This document shows, one piece after another, positions 17,916 to 26,265 of a stretch of 32,116 bases of DNA. The notes beneath the pieces were generated by a model. That model was given only the letters and a program-made list of their open reading frames with translations. It made no database searches and had not been told where the DNA came from. Within the stretch, counting starts at the first letter, position 1; each line of letters starts with the position of its first letter. Source of the DNA: Bacteroidales bacterium (GTDB lineage Bacteria > Bacteroidota > Bacteroidia > Bacteroidales > VadinHA17); contig JAFGXK010000295.1 in the NCBI GenBank assembly GCA_016936695.1, forward strand, positions 1-32,116, in the 5' to 3' direction. A program made the translations under genes and the position numbers.

Positions 17916-18170
17916 ATGTCATTCAAATCTGAAATATATCAAAAGGATTACCTGTTCTGGATAACACCTTTTGTTATTCTCTTTGCAATATTCTGCATGA
18001 TAAAGAGGGATAACAGGGACAGGGAATCAGCAATATTGCATCACGACAGTTTTCGCTCCGACACCACTCTCACCCTGAATATAAACAAAACAGAAGGAGT
18101 AAATAAAATCTTACCTGCCGACAGCACTTTCGTGTTTTTCGCAGACATAAATGGGAAGGTATCGAGATAA
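17916..18170 (+). CDS. Hypothetical small membrane-anchored protein
   Basis: 84-aa ORF with one hydrophobic segment (LFWITPFVILFAIFCMI), followed by a terminator. No recognisable family. Confidence 0.45.
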   Translation: MSFKSEIYQKDYLFWITPFVILFAIFCMIKRDNRDRESAILHHDSFRSDTTLTLNINKTEGVNKILPADSTFVFFADINGKVSR

Positions 18171-18190
18171 CACTTTCCCGCCTGACAATT

Positions 18191-18229
18191 AAAAACACCC
18201 TGCAGTTTTCACTGCAGGGTGTTATTTTT
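18191..18229. terminator. Bidirectional intrinsic terminator
   Basis: 13-bp perfect stem AACACCCTGCAGT / ACTGCAGGGTGTT with a 4-nt loop, A-run on the left and T-run on the right, between convergent genes. Confidence 0.88.
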
Positions 18230-18243
18230 ATCCGGTAAACGGA

Positions 18244-19005
18244 TCACCATCCATTTCTGTTACGGTTACCGAAGCGGCCATTGCCCTGCCCCTGAGCCCG
18301 GGAACCTCTGCCTGTTTCATTCGGCGAGCTGGTAATCTCGTCGTATTCTTCCTGAGTTATATATACTGGAGTATAGGTCGCTCCTATCCTCTCCAGCTGA
18401 CGGGTGAATGCCCTTAAATGGTTCCTGGAACCCCTGAGCAAATTTTCGAAAACCAAAAGGATATTCTCGTTGGAAGCCACACCAAGATACTCTTCAAGAT
18501 CTTTGATATCCATATCTTCTATCAGCGCGCCCGTTTTGAAAGCAGCTTCGATTGATTCAGAACCCTGCTCTACAAGTTCTCCGTACAATTCCTGAAAATC
18601 AGGATTTGTAAAAACACCCGGGTCGCCTGCCAGTTTGTATTCATCACCATAACTTTGCAGAAGCAATAATACCGCATTCATATGGGTTTCTTCAGCACTT
18701 GAAATATTTGAGAAAATCGGTGTTCCCCATTTTTCATATAAGGCGGCATAGACATCTCTTGCAAGTTTTTCTTCTTCTTTCATGTGCATAAGAATATCCA
18801 GCTCACCATCAGTGAAAGAAAGATCATCCGTTAAGCATGATCCAAGGCTGCTCTGAACCATTATGGTTGTTCCATCGGCTGCAACTTCGATAATACTATC
18901 GGTCATCAAGTCAGCCTGGCCATTATTGTCCTTTGTGCATGAATTCATTCCGAAAAGCAGGCTTGTCATAAAGCTGCCAAGAACTATAAACATTTTGAAT
19001 TTCAT
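18244..19005 (-). CDS. DUF2202 ferritin-like domain lipoprotein
   Basis: Lipobox MNSC; EEEKLARDVY, F.NI..AEETH, GA.IEDMDI.DL and NL.RGSRNHLRAF; G/R/N-rich tail. Confidence 0.87.
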   Translation of the reverse strand: MKFKMFIVLGSFMTSLLFGMNSCTKDNNGQADLMTDSIIEVAADGTTIMVQSSLGSCLTDDLSFTDGELDILMHMKEEEKLARDVYAALYEKWGTPIFSNISSAEETHMNAVLLLLQSYGDEYKLAGDPGVFTNPDFQELYGELVEQGSESIEAAFKTGALIEDMDIKDLEEYLGVASNENILLVFENLLRGSRNHLRAFTRQLERIGATYTPVYITQEEYDEITSSPNETGRGSRAQGQGNGRFGNRNRNGW

Positions 19006-19026
19006 AATTTCTGGGTTTTTAAGTTT

Positions 19027-19380
19027 TTACTTTTTATTGGTTGTTTCCCTATAGTCACAGATTCCGTTTTTATCAGCGTCGGCAAAGTTCCCGTTTCCGT
19101 TACCATTTCCCTGTCTCATGCCTCGCTGACCCTGTCCATTACCAAGACCATCGCCGGATCCTCTGCGATTGATCCCTTTTCTTCCGGTTTGCTGATTTCT
19201 TGCGTTACTATTCTCAAAGTTGTCGCAAACACCATCTTTATTGGCATCCACAAAAGCAGCAGTGGCGTTGCCTTTTCCGTTCATCGACCGTTGTCCCGCT
19301 CCCTGATTCTGAGCGCTTGCCATTGTTGTTATTGCCACCAGGGCAATTCCTGCGATAAAAAGTTTTGTTTTCATAATCAT
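19027..19380 (-). CDS. Secreted low-complexity protein with two Dx(D/N)x(D/N)G-x-CD motifs
   Basis: Signal peptide (ASA|Q). FVDANKDGVCD and FADADKNGICD flank a G/N/Q/R-rich linker. In an operon with 20-21 bp gaps; the start may be 19374. Confidence 0.8.
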   Translation of the reverse strand: MIMKTKLFIAGIALVAITTMASAQNQGAGQRSMNGKGNATAAFVDANKDGVCDNFENSNARNQQTGRKGINRRGSGDGLGNGQGQRGMRQGNGNGNGNFADADKNGICDYRETTNKK

Positions 19381-19400
19381 AAATTTTTCAAGTTTGATAA

Positions 19401-19955
19401 CTAATTAATAAATCGTCTTCCTCTTCCCCTTCCGGATGGACCACCGGGTTCGTGTTGTCCCGAATGAATATCCGTGGTAAACATCTCCGCGAATAATTGG
19501 TCGAGTCTTTCTGTCTGATCCTTGTTGCATATTTCCTTAAAATCCAGATAATACCTGTATGTCAGCTTTTTAAGATCAGCATGTAAATGTCCGACTGAAT
19601 CGGACAACAAATTCAGTTTTGATGAATCAACGATGGATGATGACATCTCTTCCAGCATTCTCCCTCTGATGTCATTGAGTTCAATATTGATATCCCTTAC
19701 ATGGTGCCTGAAATCAGGATTGAACTCCCTGAAACGGGCCATCTGTTCGTTGGTAAGGTTAAGCTGATCACGGAAATAACGGCCGCTGTACTCGAGGGAA
19801 GCCACTTCGTCCCCTATCGTGCCGGATTCCGGAACCGTTAATTCCAGCCTTTTAGGATTTCGGTTATAGACAACCGTGGCAACTGTGGCAATATTCAATA
19901 AGGCCAGTGCAATTATTGCCCAAATCATCCATCTGTTTCTGCTTTCAGGTTTCAT
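19401..19955 (-). CDS. Spy/CpxP/ZraP-like periplasmic protein (heavy-metal-sensor type), N-terminally anchored
   Basis: N-terminal TM segment; LNLTNEQ (LTxxQ) with a second degenerate ICNKDQ; helical and His-containing; GRGRGRR tail. Confidence 0.78.
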   Translation of the reverse strand: MKPESRNRWMIWAIIALALLNIATVATVVYNRNPKRLELTVPESGTIGDEVASLEYSGRYFRDQLNLTNEQMARFREFNPDFRHHVRDINIELNDIRGRMLEEMSSSIVDSSKLNLLSDSVGHLHADLKKLTYRYYLDFKEICNKDQTERLDQLFAEMFTTDIHSGQHEPGGPSGRGRGRRFIN

Positions 19956-19965
19956 TGTCAGCCTC

Positions 19966-20391
19966 CTATTCTATTGAAAGAACATCCACTGATTCGAGAA
20001 CTGCATCATTTATAAGCGCCAGTTCAACCGGGATTTCGGCCGTATTTCCGGCTGGACGAGATAAATTACCTGCCAGAACACCCAGAAAGACAGCAGCTGC
20101 CATTGATGCTGCTATTAGTACCGGCCTGAGCATCCGGATAAATCCCGATTCACTTTCATGACCGGCAGTTTCGAGGGAAGCGATCCCTGCCATCACTCTT
20201 GTGACAAGAAAAGGATCCGTATCCGTATTCCTTTCCATTTCGACTACCCTGTCCGCCAGCAACAATACATTGTAGATTTGTTTACATGAATCACATGTTT
20301 TTAGATGTGACTCAACCTGATTCCTGATATCCGGGGACAATCTGCCCTCGTGATAAGCATCCAGATTTTTTTGACATAACTGACAATTCAT
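19966..20391 (-). CDS. Zinc-binding (zf-HC2/ZAS) transmembrane anti-sigma factor
   Basis: HLKTCDSC (HxxxCxxC), an N-terminal CQLC and a single TM helix; directly downstream of an ECF sigma gene. Confidence 0.88.
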   Translation of the reverse strand: MNCQLCQKNLDAYHEGRLSPDIRNQVESHLKTCDSCKQIYNVLLLADRVVEMERNTDTDPFLVTRVMAGIASLETAGHESESGFIRMLRPVLIAASMAAAVFLGVLAGNLSRPAGNTAEIPVELALINDAVLESVDVLSIE

Positions 20392-20443
20392 TTTTGATTG
20401 GTTTTTATGATTAGAAACAAAACTTGACTTTTTCCTTCGTTCA

Positions 20444-21022
20444 TTACGGATTTTTCCCCCTTCCTGCCGATAATTTTCCCCTGAGATTCCTTTTAGCTCT
20501 CTGCAGAAGTGACTCTACGGCGCCTTCGCTAATATTCATTATCGCTGCAATCTCCTTTTGTGAAAGATCGTCGTACTTGCTAAGGATAATTGCAGTCCTT
20601 TGATTTTCGGGCAAAGAATCAAGAGCTTTCTGAACCCAGCTGATATGTTCCTTACGGACCAGGATGTCTTCAGGATTATCTGAATCAGCTAGTGATACAT
20701 GGATATCATTGGTTTTTTCAGAACCAAATAATGAATTGAATCTCTGAATTATGAAATTTTTCGATGATCTCCTGACACTATTGAGTGAAGCATTAACGGC
20801 AATCCGGTAAAGCCAGGTTGAAAAAGCTGAATCACTCCTGAACCGCGACAATGACTGATAAGCCTGAATAAATACTTCCTGGGTCAGGTCGTCAGCATCG
20901 TCTTTGTCATGGACAAATCCAATGCAGGTCCTGAACACCAGAGGTTGGTACTTTTCCACAAGCAACCTGAATTTCTCCCTGTCGCCATCAAGAATATCCC
21001 TGATTATTTCACTCTCATTCAT
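20444..21022 (-). CDS. ECF-type RNA polymerase sigma-70 factor
   Basis: DADDLTQEVF, FSTWLYRIAVN, LPENQR and SQKEIAAIMNISEGAVESLLQRA. Start moved to 21022 (alternative 21037) because a -7 promoter element lies at 21113-21120, inside the longer ORF call. Confidence 0.92.
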   Translation of the reverse strand: MNESEIIRDILDGDREKFRLLVEKYQPLVFRTCIGFVHDKDDADDLTQEVFIQAYQSLSRFRSDSAFSTWLYRIAVNASLNSVRRSSKNFIIQRFNSLFGSEKTNDIHVSLADSDNPEDILVRKEHISWVQKALDSLPENQRTAIILSKYDDLSQKEIAAIMNISEGAVESLLQRAKRNLRGKLSAGRGKNP

Positions 21023-21112
21023 TATTCCTTCATGCATCGAATTGAATCTCAATAAGGAAAGATAATATACCCACCCCAACTTAAAAATTTCTGTCCCTAA
21101 GTAAGTCCGCTG

Positions 21113-21120
21113 CAAATGTA
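21113..21120 (-). promoter_or_regulatory. Bacteroidota sigmaA -7 element upstream of the ECF sigma gene
   Basis: Minus-strand TACATTTG matches TAnnTTTG; no clear -33 TTTG. Confidence 0.55.
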
Positions 21121-21261
21121 AATATAATAATGAAATAAATCGCTTTAATATCACCCTTGGCTCCAGGATCGCGATTTTATTTGATTCTCGAGAAAACTTC
21201 GCCCGTTGTTATCCGCGTGGGTTAATCTCCGGGAAAAACTGCTTTGGTTGTTCCGGAAAAC

Positions 21262-21663
21262 TCAGCCGGTAATTTTTTTTACAATTTCCATGGTTTCTCC
21301 TGATGCAGCCTTCATCACCCGTGCAACTTTTTCAGGCATCTGGTCTGACATTTTGGCTTCGTTCATAACGGCTGCATAGATAAGCCCGTCGTCCTTGAGA
21401 TAAACTGAGATACGGCAAGGCATCATTACCGACATCAGCCGTTCGTCGTTAAGTTCGAGTATCTGGCCTGAATAAGCCGGTTTGCAAATCTCGATCACCT
21501 TGACCGGTAATACTGTTTTTCCAGCTTTAGCAAGTGAGAGTTGGAGATCGTGAATGGCCGGAACCTTCCAATCCCTCGATTCAGCTTCTTTTACAATCAT
21601 ATTGACTGTAGTATCAAAATCGAATCCGGAGGGTTGTTCGATTACGAAACTGTTTGTATCCAT
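21262..21663 (-). CDS. DUF302 domain protein
   Basis: HDLQ..L, VIEICKP and MMPCRISVY..DDG motifs. Confidence 0.88.
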   Translation of the reverse strand: MDTNSFVIEQPSGFDFDTTVNMIVKEAESRDWKVPAIHDLQLSLAKAGKTVLPVKVIEICKPAYSGQILELNDERLMSVMMPCRISVYLKDDGLIYAAVMNEAKMSDQMPEKVARVMKAASGETMEIVKKITG

Positions 21664-21705
21664 GGCACCTGTATATTAGTCAGATTACTTTAAATATTCC
21701 TGCTG

Positions 21706-21737
21706 CAAAGATATCCTCTTTATTCAGTTAGTACAAA
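21706..21737 (-). promoter_or_regulatory. Canonical Bacteroidota sigmaA promoter for the DUF302 gene
   Basis: Minus-strand TTTG (21737-21734) - N20 - TATCTTTG (21713-21706). Confidence 0.75.
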
Positions 21738-21775
21738 AACAGCCTTATTAGTCTTTCAGACAGTTGCGACCGCTT

Positions 21776-21813
21776 AACAAACAGAAACAGGGATGATTTA
21801 GTTATCGTCCCTG
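21776..21813 (-). terminator. Probable intrinsic terminator of the hydrogenase operon
   Basis: Minus-strand CAGGGACGAT-aactaa-ATCATCCCTG (9 of 10 pairs) followed by TTTCTGTTTGTT, 24 bp after the last gene's stop. Confidence 0.6.
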
Positions 21814-21837
21814 CTTTCAGTTACTGCTAAAATGTTT

Positions 21838-22251
21838 TCAGAGGTATTTCCTGTATTCTTCCGGAACATCAAAATATTTAGTATACCTGGGAGCATCCGG
21901 ACCTGCGATCTCAATATTATCCTCTCCCAGCTTGAAAGTACATTTTTCGCCGCCAATATCTGAAAAATATACATCATACTCTTTCCCGTCCTCTTCAACC
22001 CGGATTATCCTGACCAGGTGCTTGTATTTTCCACTGTTGAGCTGCGAATGGCATATCGGACAGGTATAGACGTATTCTGCATCTTCCTCGATTTTGAATG
22101 GGGGGTGCGTTGTGGTAGTATAGTTTCCCAGTTCGGGGTCAAGAAGAACCAGTCCTCTTTGCGAACTGTTCATTTTAGATGCTGCAAGGATAATAGATGT
22201 CTTTACCTTCAGGTGTCCCTTGCACATTTTACATAAATAATCGACTGCCAT
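21838..22251 (-). CDS. Hypothetical Cys-rich putative metal-binding protein, last gene of the hydrogenase operon
   Basis: CKMCKGH and CPICH motifs plus a fifth Cys; starts 2 bp after the protease stop. Confidence 0.8.
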   Translation of the reverse strand: MAVDYLCKMCKGHLKVKTSIILAASKMNSSQRGLVLLDPELGNYTTTTHPPFKIEEDAEYVYTCPICHSQLNSGKYKHLVRIIRVEEDGKEYDVYFSDIGGEKCTFKLGEDNIEIAGPDAPRYTKYFDVPEEYRKYL

Positions 22252-22253
22252 GG

Positions 22254-22706
22254 TTACCTCCTCTTGTTTATAAGGTTAATAATCTCGTTTGACACAATTC
22301 TTACAAGGTAGGAAATATTTTCACCAAAGTCAATACTCACCGGCTGAATCCCCAGAATGTAGACTTCAGCGGTGAAAAAGTCCGCTATATTCTTAAGAGA
22401 TATATTATGAGTATTGAATGTAAGGTCCATCACCCTTTCAACTGGCAGAAGCACAGCGCTTCCGGGGGGGGAACCCGTGTTCATACAATCGATAAGGACC
22501 AGGATATCAGGGTTCAGGGAATTGATTTTGCCAATATAATTCTCGATGCTTACCTCCACCGTGAGCGTTCCGATATTGTCTCTCTCAACAATCCTGTTGC
22601 TTATATAAACTCCGGCACCGTCATCCTGCTTAAGGACATTCCCGATCCCGACAAAAAGGATCTTCCTGCCGGTTTGTGTCAGAATTTTCTCAAGGTCTTG
22701 CAGCAC
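22254..22706 (-). CDS. hycI: Hydrogenase maturation endopeptidase (HycI-like)
   Basis: GIGNVLKQDDGAG, ENY, LIDC, THNISL and LGIQP motifs. Confidence 0.9.
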   Translation of the reverse strand: MLQDLEKILTQTGRKILFVGIGNVLKQDDGAGVYISNRIVERDNIGTLTVEVSIENYIGKINSLNPDILVLIDCMNTGSPPGSAVLLPVERVMDLTFNTHNISLKNIADFFTAEVYILGIQPVSIDFGENISYLVRIVSNEIINLINKRR

Positions 22707-22711
22707 TCCGT

Positions 22712-23320
22712 TCAGAGATATTTAACCAAAACTAGTCTCAGGCAGTTCGGGCAGAGTATATTGAACATGTCCTTTCTCTTCAGCCCGTCACGGACCTCTA
22801 TCTCAACATCCTGTCCTTCTGAAAGTTTCAGTTTTTCGTTCAGCATGTTGAGGTTCAGGATGGATGAAAATGCCTTAGGCCCCAGTTTCCTGTGAAGAAA
22901 CTGAAGATGTTCCCTGGTAGTGATAACAGCTCCGCAGTTCGAGCAGATAAGAAGTTCCTTTTCCTGGTATTCTACTACCTGTGTCCGGTCCAGGGTGGCC
23001 ATGTCGAAAATAAGGTCGGAGAGAACCACCCCCTTTCCTGTAATACAGTGCTCCTCGCATTGTCCGCAAAAAATGCATTTTCCGTAATCCCTCACTATAG
23101 TACGGATTCTCTTTTCGGGATCGTCGGTAAAAGTTATAGCCTGAGGCGGACAGACGTTTGCACAGGTTTCACATCCCACGCAGTTTTCGTTATCCACTAC
23201 CGGTTTACCCCTGAATTTCTCGAATGGAATATGTTCTTTAAAAGGGTATTTAGTGGTATAAGCCGGCGTAACGAGAGAAATAACGGCCTCCTTCAATTCT
23301 CTTAGCTTTGGATACTTCAT
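22712..23320 (-). CDS. mbhN: 2x[4Fe-4S] ferredoxin-like subunit (NuoI/MbhN/HycF-like)
   Basis: YP...FRGKP, CVGCETCANVCP and CIFCGQCEEHC, plus extra CSNC and CPNC. Confidence 0.9.
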   Translation of the reverse strand: MKYPKLRELKEAVISLVTPAYTTKYPFKEHIPFEKFRGKPVVDNENCVGCETCANVCPPQAITFTDDPEKRIRTIVRDYGKCIFCGQCEEHCITGKGVVLSDLIFDMATLDRTQVVEYQEKELLICSNCGAVITTREHLQFLHRKLGPKAFSSILNLNMLNEKLKLSEGQDVEIEVRDGLKRKDMFNILCPNCLRLVLVKYL

Positions 23321-23634
23321 TTTACAACATCCTTATAATCATCCATAATGCTCTTATCGCTCATTTTCACTCCAAAACGGTATGTACCCCGTACCAGGGC
23401 GTGTGCTGCAACCGTTGCACTGAAGAAGAGCAGGGGAATAGCAATAATTGCCTTAATGCCTGCCGCTGAAATCCCATTATGAAGGAATACTCCCAATAGT
23501 ATACTGCAGCATCCGAGTGTAACACATTTTGTTGCTGCCTGCAATCTGTTATAAACATCCGGAAGCCTTAATAATCCTATGCATCCGAACAGGTTAAACA
23601 GAACACCAATGCTTATTACTATTATAGCTGCCAT
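23317..23634 (-). CDS. mnhG: Mrp antiporter subunit G (MbhC-like)
   Basis: GLLRLPDVYNRLQAATK and AHAL.R motifs. Confidence 0.92.
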   Translation of the reverse strand: MAAIIVISIGVLFNLFGCIGLLRLPDVYNRLQAATKCVTLGCCSILLGVFLHNGISAAGIKAIIAIPLLFFSATVAAHALVRGTYRFGVKMSDKSIMDDYKDVVK

Positions 23635-23635
23635 A

Positions 23636-23902
23636 TCATTGGTTTAATTGTTTACCGCTCAGGTATTTTGCCAGGGTCAGTGTGCCGATAAAACTCAGAA
23701 TTATCCATGCAATACCAATATCCAGTATAAAGCTTTTGCCGGTTTGAACTGAGATAATGGCACATATACCGACTACAAGAATGCCGAAAATATCAATGGC
23801 AACCATTCTGTCGGGTATCGTTGGGCCCCTTATGATCCTGTACAGACAGAGTCCGCTGAGGCCTATCTGGAAATACAGCAATATTTCAAGCCATGTGTTC
23901 AT
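23636..23902 (-). CDS. mnhF: Mrp antiporter subunit F (MbhB-like)
   Basis: RIIRGPTIPDRMVAID and LSFIGTL..AKY motifs. Confidence 0.92.
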   Translation of the reverse strand: MNTWLEILLYFQIGLSGLCLYRIIRGPTIPDRMVAIDIFGILVVGICAIISVQTGKSFILDIGIAWIILSFIGTLTLAKYLSGKQLNQ

Positions 23903-24384
23903 TCAACAAAATTTTTAATATATTTTTCAAATACCCCGGTGATCATCCTGGTATATGTTTCGGGATCTTGTGAACGTATATAAATCCAGTGTATGTAATA
24001 GTCGTCTCCTATTATATCGACTGTAAGTGTTCCCGGAGTCATTGTGATTGAATTGGCAAGAAGCATCCTGGCAAATTCCGATTTAAGTGTGGTTCTGACT
24101 TTTACAATCCCCGGTTTTATAGGCATCCGGGGATGCAGTACCCTGTAGGCAACGTCAAAATTAGCCTTAATACACGACCAGATAAAGACTGACAGGTAGG
24201 CCAGGAACCAGAACCAGCGCCGTGGGTTGATCAGCTTGCCTGTATTTTCAAAAAAATACCTTGCAAAGATCAGGGTACAGATCAGTGATGCCGCTGATCC
24301 GACAATAACATTCTGCAGGGAAATCCTGAAGGTTAAAAGAAGCCAGAAAACAAGACCGAGTATAAAAAACGTCAGATATCTCAT
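23899..24384 (-). CDS. mnhE: Mrp antiporter subunit E (MbhA-like)
   Basis: ANFDVA, PGIV and LANSITMTPGTLTVD motifs. Confidence 0.93.
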   Translation of the reverse strand: MRYLTFFILGLVFWLLLTFRISLQNVIVGSAASLICTLIFARYFFENTGKLINPRRWFWFLAYLSVFIWSCIKANFDVAYRVLHPRMPIKPGIVKVRTTLKSEFARMLLANSITMTPGTLTVDIIGDDYYIHWIYIRSQDPETYTRMITGVFEKYIKNFVE

Positions 24385-24385
24385 A

Positions 24386-25924
24386 TCATATCTTTAATAT
24401 GGTTGAAGAGTACGTTTGAGGATCTGTCAGGACATTTATGGCAGGGGTCAGGAAAAGGTCGCGCACCTGCGGAATAGCGACAAGGCTCAAGATGACACAA
24501 AGAATACTTAGAACAACCATGCTGAAGACCATGGGAAACGGCACTTCCTTAAGGTTTTTTTGCTCTCCGTCCTGTTCCTTGTTATAAAAGGCATACCTCT
24601 GGAATTTAAGGAATGAGGCAAGGGTGATTATGCTTACAATAACGGCAATAAGAGCAAGAAGGTAAAACTTACCCATTACAGCCGCAATTATTATAATCAG
24701 CTTGCTGAAGAAGCCGTTGAAGGGTGGTATTCCGGAAATAGACATAGATGCAATGAATGAGGTCGCGGAGGTTGCCGGCATATACCGTGCAATCCCCCCC
24801 ATCTCCTTCAGATTCCGGGTCCCTGTCCTGTATTCAATGGCTCCGGCGTTAAGGAAAAGAAGACTCTTGAACGCTGCATGATTTATGAGATGAAAAATAC
24901 CTCCGGCAATTGCCAGAGATGCGATTTCAGGGTTTGTCCCCCTGGCAAGGAGTATCATCCCCATCCCGACTGATAGTATTACATAACCCATCTGACTTAT
25001 GCTGTGGTAAGCCAGCAGCCTCTTGATGTCCCACTGTCCGATAGCCAGGAAAACGCCGGTTACCATCGACAGGGCACCAAGGGTGGTAATCAGCACTGCA
25101 ATTTCATTGCTTATGAGGAACATGTTGAAGAAGATCCTTATCAGAACATAGATCCCGACGGCCTTTATCAACACACCCGAAAGCATGGCCGAGATCGGAG
25201 AGGGAGCTGATGAATGAGCATCGGGCAGCCATGCGTGAAATGGTATTACTGCGGCCTTCAGTCCGAATCCGCAGAGAAACAGAAGCTGGATAAGCATATA
25301 ATGCACCTTGTCGGGACTGCTTCCCATAGCAGCTTTGACATCCGCAATGTTGAGGGTTTTTGCCTTCCAGTAAATAAGTCCGATTCCAAACAAGATCAGC
25401 AATGAGGCCAGCCCTCCCAGCACCTGATATTTGAAAGTAGCTTCAAGCTGTTCCCTTTCAACTCCGAATGCGACGAGTGCATAGGAGGAGATCGCAGCAA
25501 TCTCGAGGAAAACAAAGATATTGAAGAGATCGCCGCTCAGAACAACACCGTTCATCCCTGCCACCATCAGACAGAAAAGGGCGTAATAATTACTCTCCGA
25601 TGTGTACCGGCTTATATAGGTGAGTGAATAAACTATTGAAAGAAAACCGACAATGTTGATAATACACAGTAAAAGTGCTGTGAAGTTGTCCATTACCATG
25701 TATATGCCTATTGGAATGCCGTTGACAGGTTCCCATCCCCCGACTTTATAGACTGAAATATCTCCCCTTGCGGTGGTTATTGCAATAAGGCTCATGGCTG
25801 CAAGCAGGAGCAGCACCAGAAGACCGATATACTTGTTGATGTTCTTCAGAAACCTGTCAAGGATCATTGTCAGGAAGGCTCCGGCAAGTGGTACTGCTAC
25901 AAACCAGGGGATCAGCGAATTCAT
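24386..25924 (-). CDS. mnhD: Antiporter-like proton-translocating subunit (MrpD/MbhH/NuoM-N-like)
   Basis: DLFNIFVFLE (TM5 Glu), GLKAAVIPFHAWLPDAH, LIK, KRLLAYHSISQMGY and GIPPFNGFFSK. Confidence 0.9.
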   Translation of the reverse strand: MNSLIPWFVAVPLAGAFLTMILDRFLKNINKYIGLLVLLLLAAMSLIAITTARGDISVYKVGGWEPVNGIPIGIYMVMDNFTALLLCIINIVGFLSIVYSLTYISRYTSESNYYALFCLMVAGMNGVVLSGDLFNIFVFLEIAAISSYALVAFGVEREQLEATFKYQVLGGLASLLILFGIGLIYWKAKTLNIADVKAAMGSSPDKVHYMLIQLLFLCGFGLKAAVIPFHAWLPDAHSSAPSPISAMLSGVLIKAVGIYVLIRIFFNMFLISNEIAVLITTLGALSMVTGVFLAIGQWDIKRLLAYHSISQMGYVILSVGMGMILLARGTNPEIASLAIAGGIFHLINHAAFKSLLFLNAGAIEYRTGTRNLKEMGGIARYMPATSATSFIASMSISGIPPFNGFFSKLIIIIAAVMGKFYLLALIAVIVSIITLASFLKFQRYAFYNKEQDGEQKNLKEVPFPMVFSMVVLSILCVILSLVAIPQVRDLFLTPAINVLTDPQTYSSTILKI

Positions 25925-25926
25925 TT

Positions 25927-26265
25927 TCAGCCTCTTAGATTATTAATTTCTCTGATATCAAGCGTCTTGTATTTCCTGTAAATCCTTATTATCACAGACA
26001 TCAGCATTGCGGTGGTGGCAAGACCAATCACAATGGCAGTAAGGACCATTGCCTGCGGCAGGGGATCGACATAGATAGCGTCAGGGCTGGCCGGATCAAC
26101 TATCGGTGCTTCACCATGATGGACATATCCTATCAATGCCAGAAAAAGGAAAACGCTGAACTCCATAACCGATAGTGAAATGACTATCTTGACAAGGTTT
26201 CTCCTGGTAATGACTCCATAAAGTCCGACCAGGAAAAGAATAAAGCAAAGAAGGTAAACTGTCAT
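25927..26265 (-). CDS. mnhC: Mrp subunit C (MbhG/NuoK-like)
   Basis: NLVK.VI.L and DPLPQAMVLTAIVIG motifs. Confidence 0.92.
   Translation of the reverse strand: MTVYLLCFILFLVGLYGVITRRNLVKIVISLSVMEFSVFLFLALIGYVHHGEAPIVDPASPDAIYVDPLPQAMVLTAIVIGLATTAMLMSVIIRIYRKYKTLDIREINNLRG

Noticed and set aside
21185-21262. Three loosely similar motifs (TTCTCGAGAAAACT, CTCCGGGAAAAACT, TTCCGGAAAACT) upstream of the ECF sigma gene
   Set aside because: They are short, irregularly spaced and degenerate, and cannot be distinguished from chance by eye.
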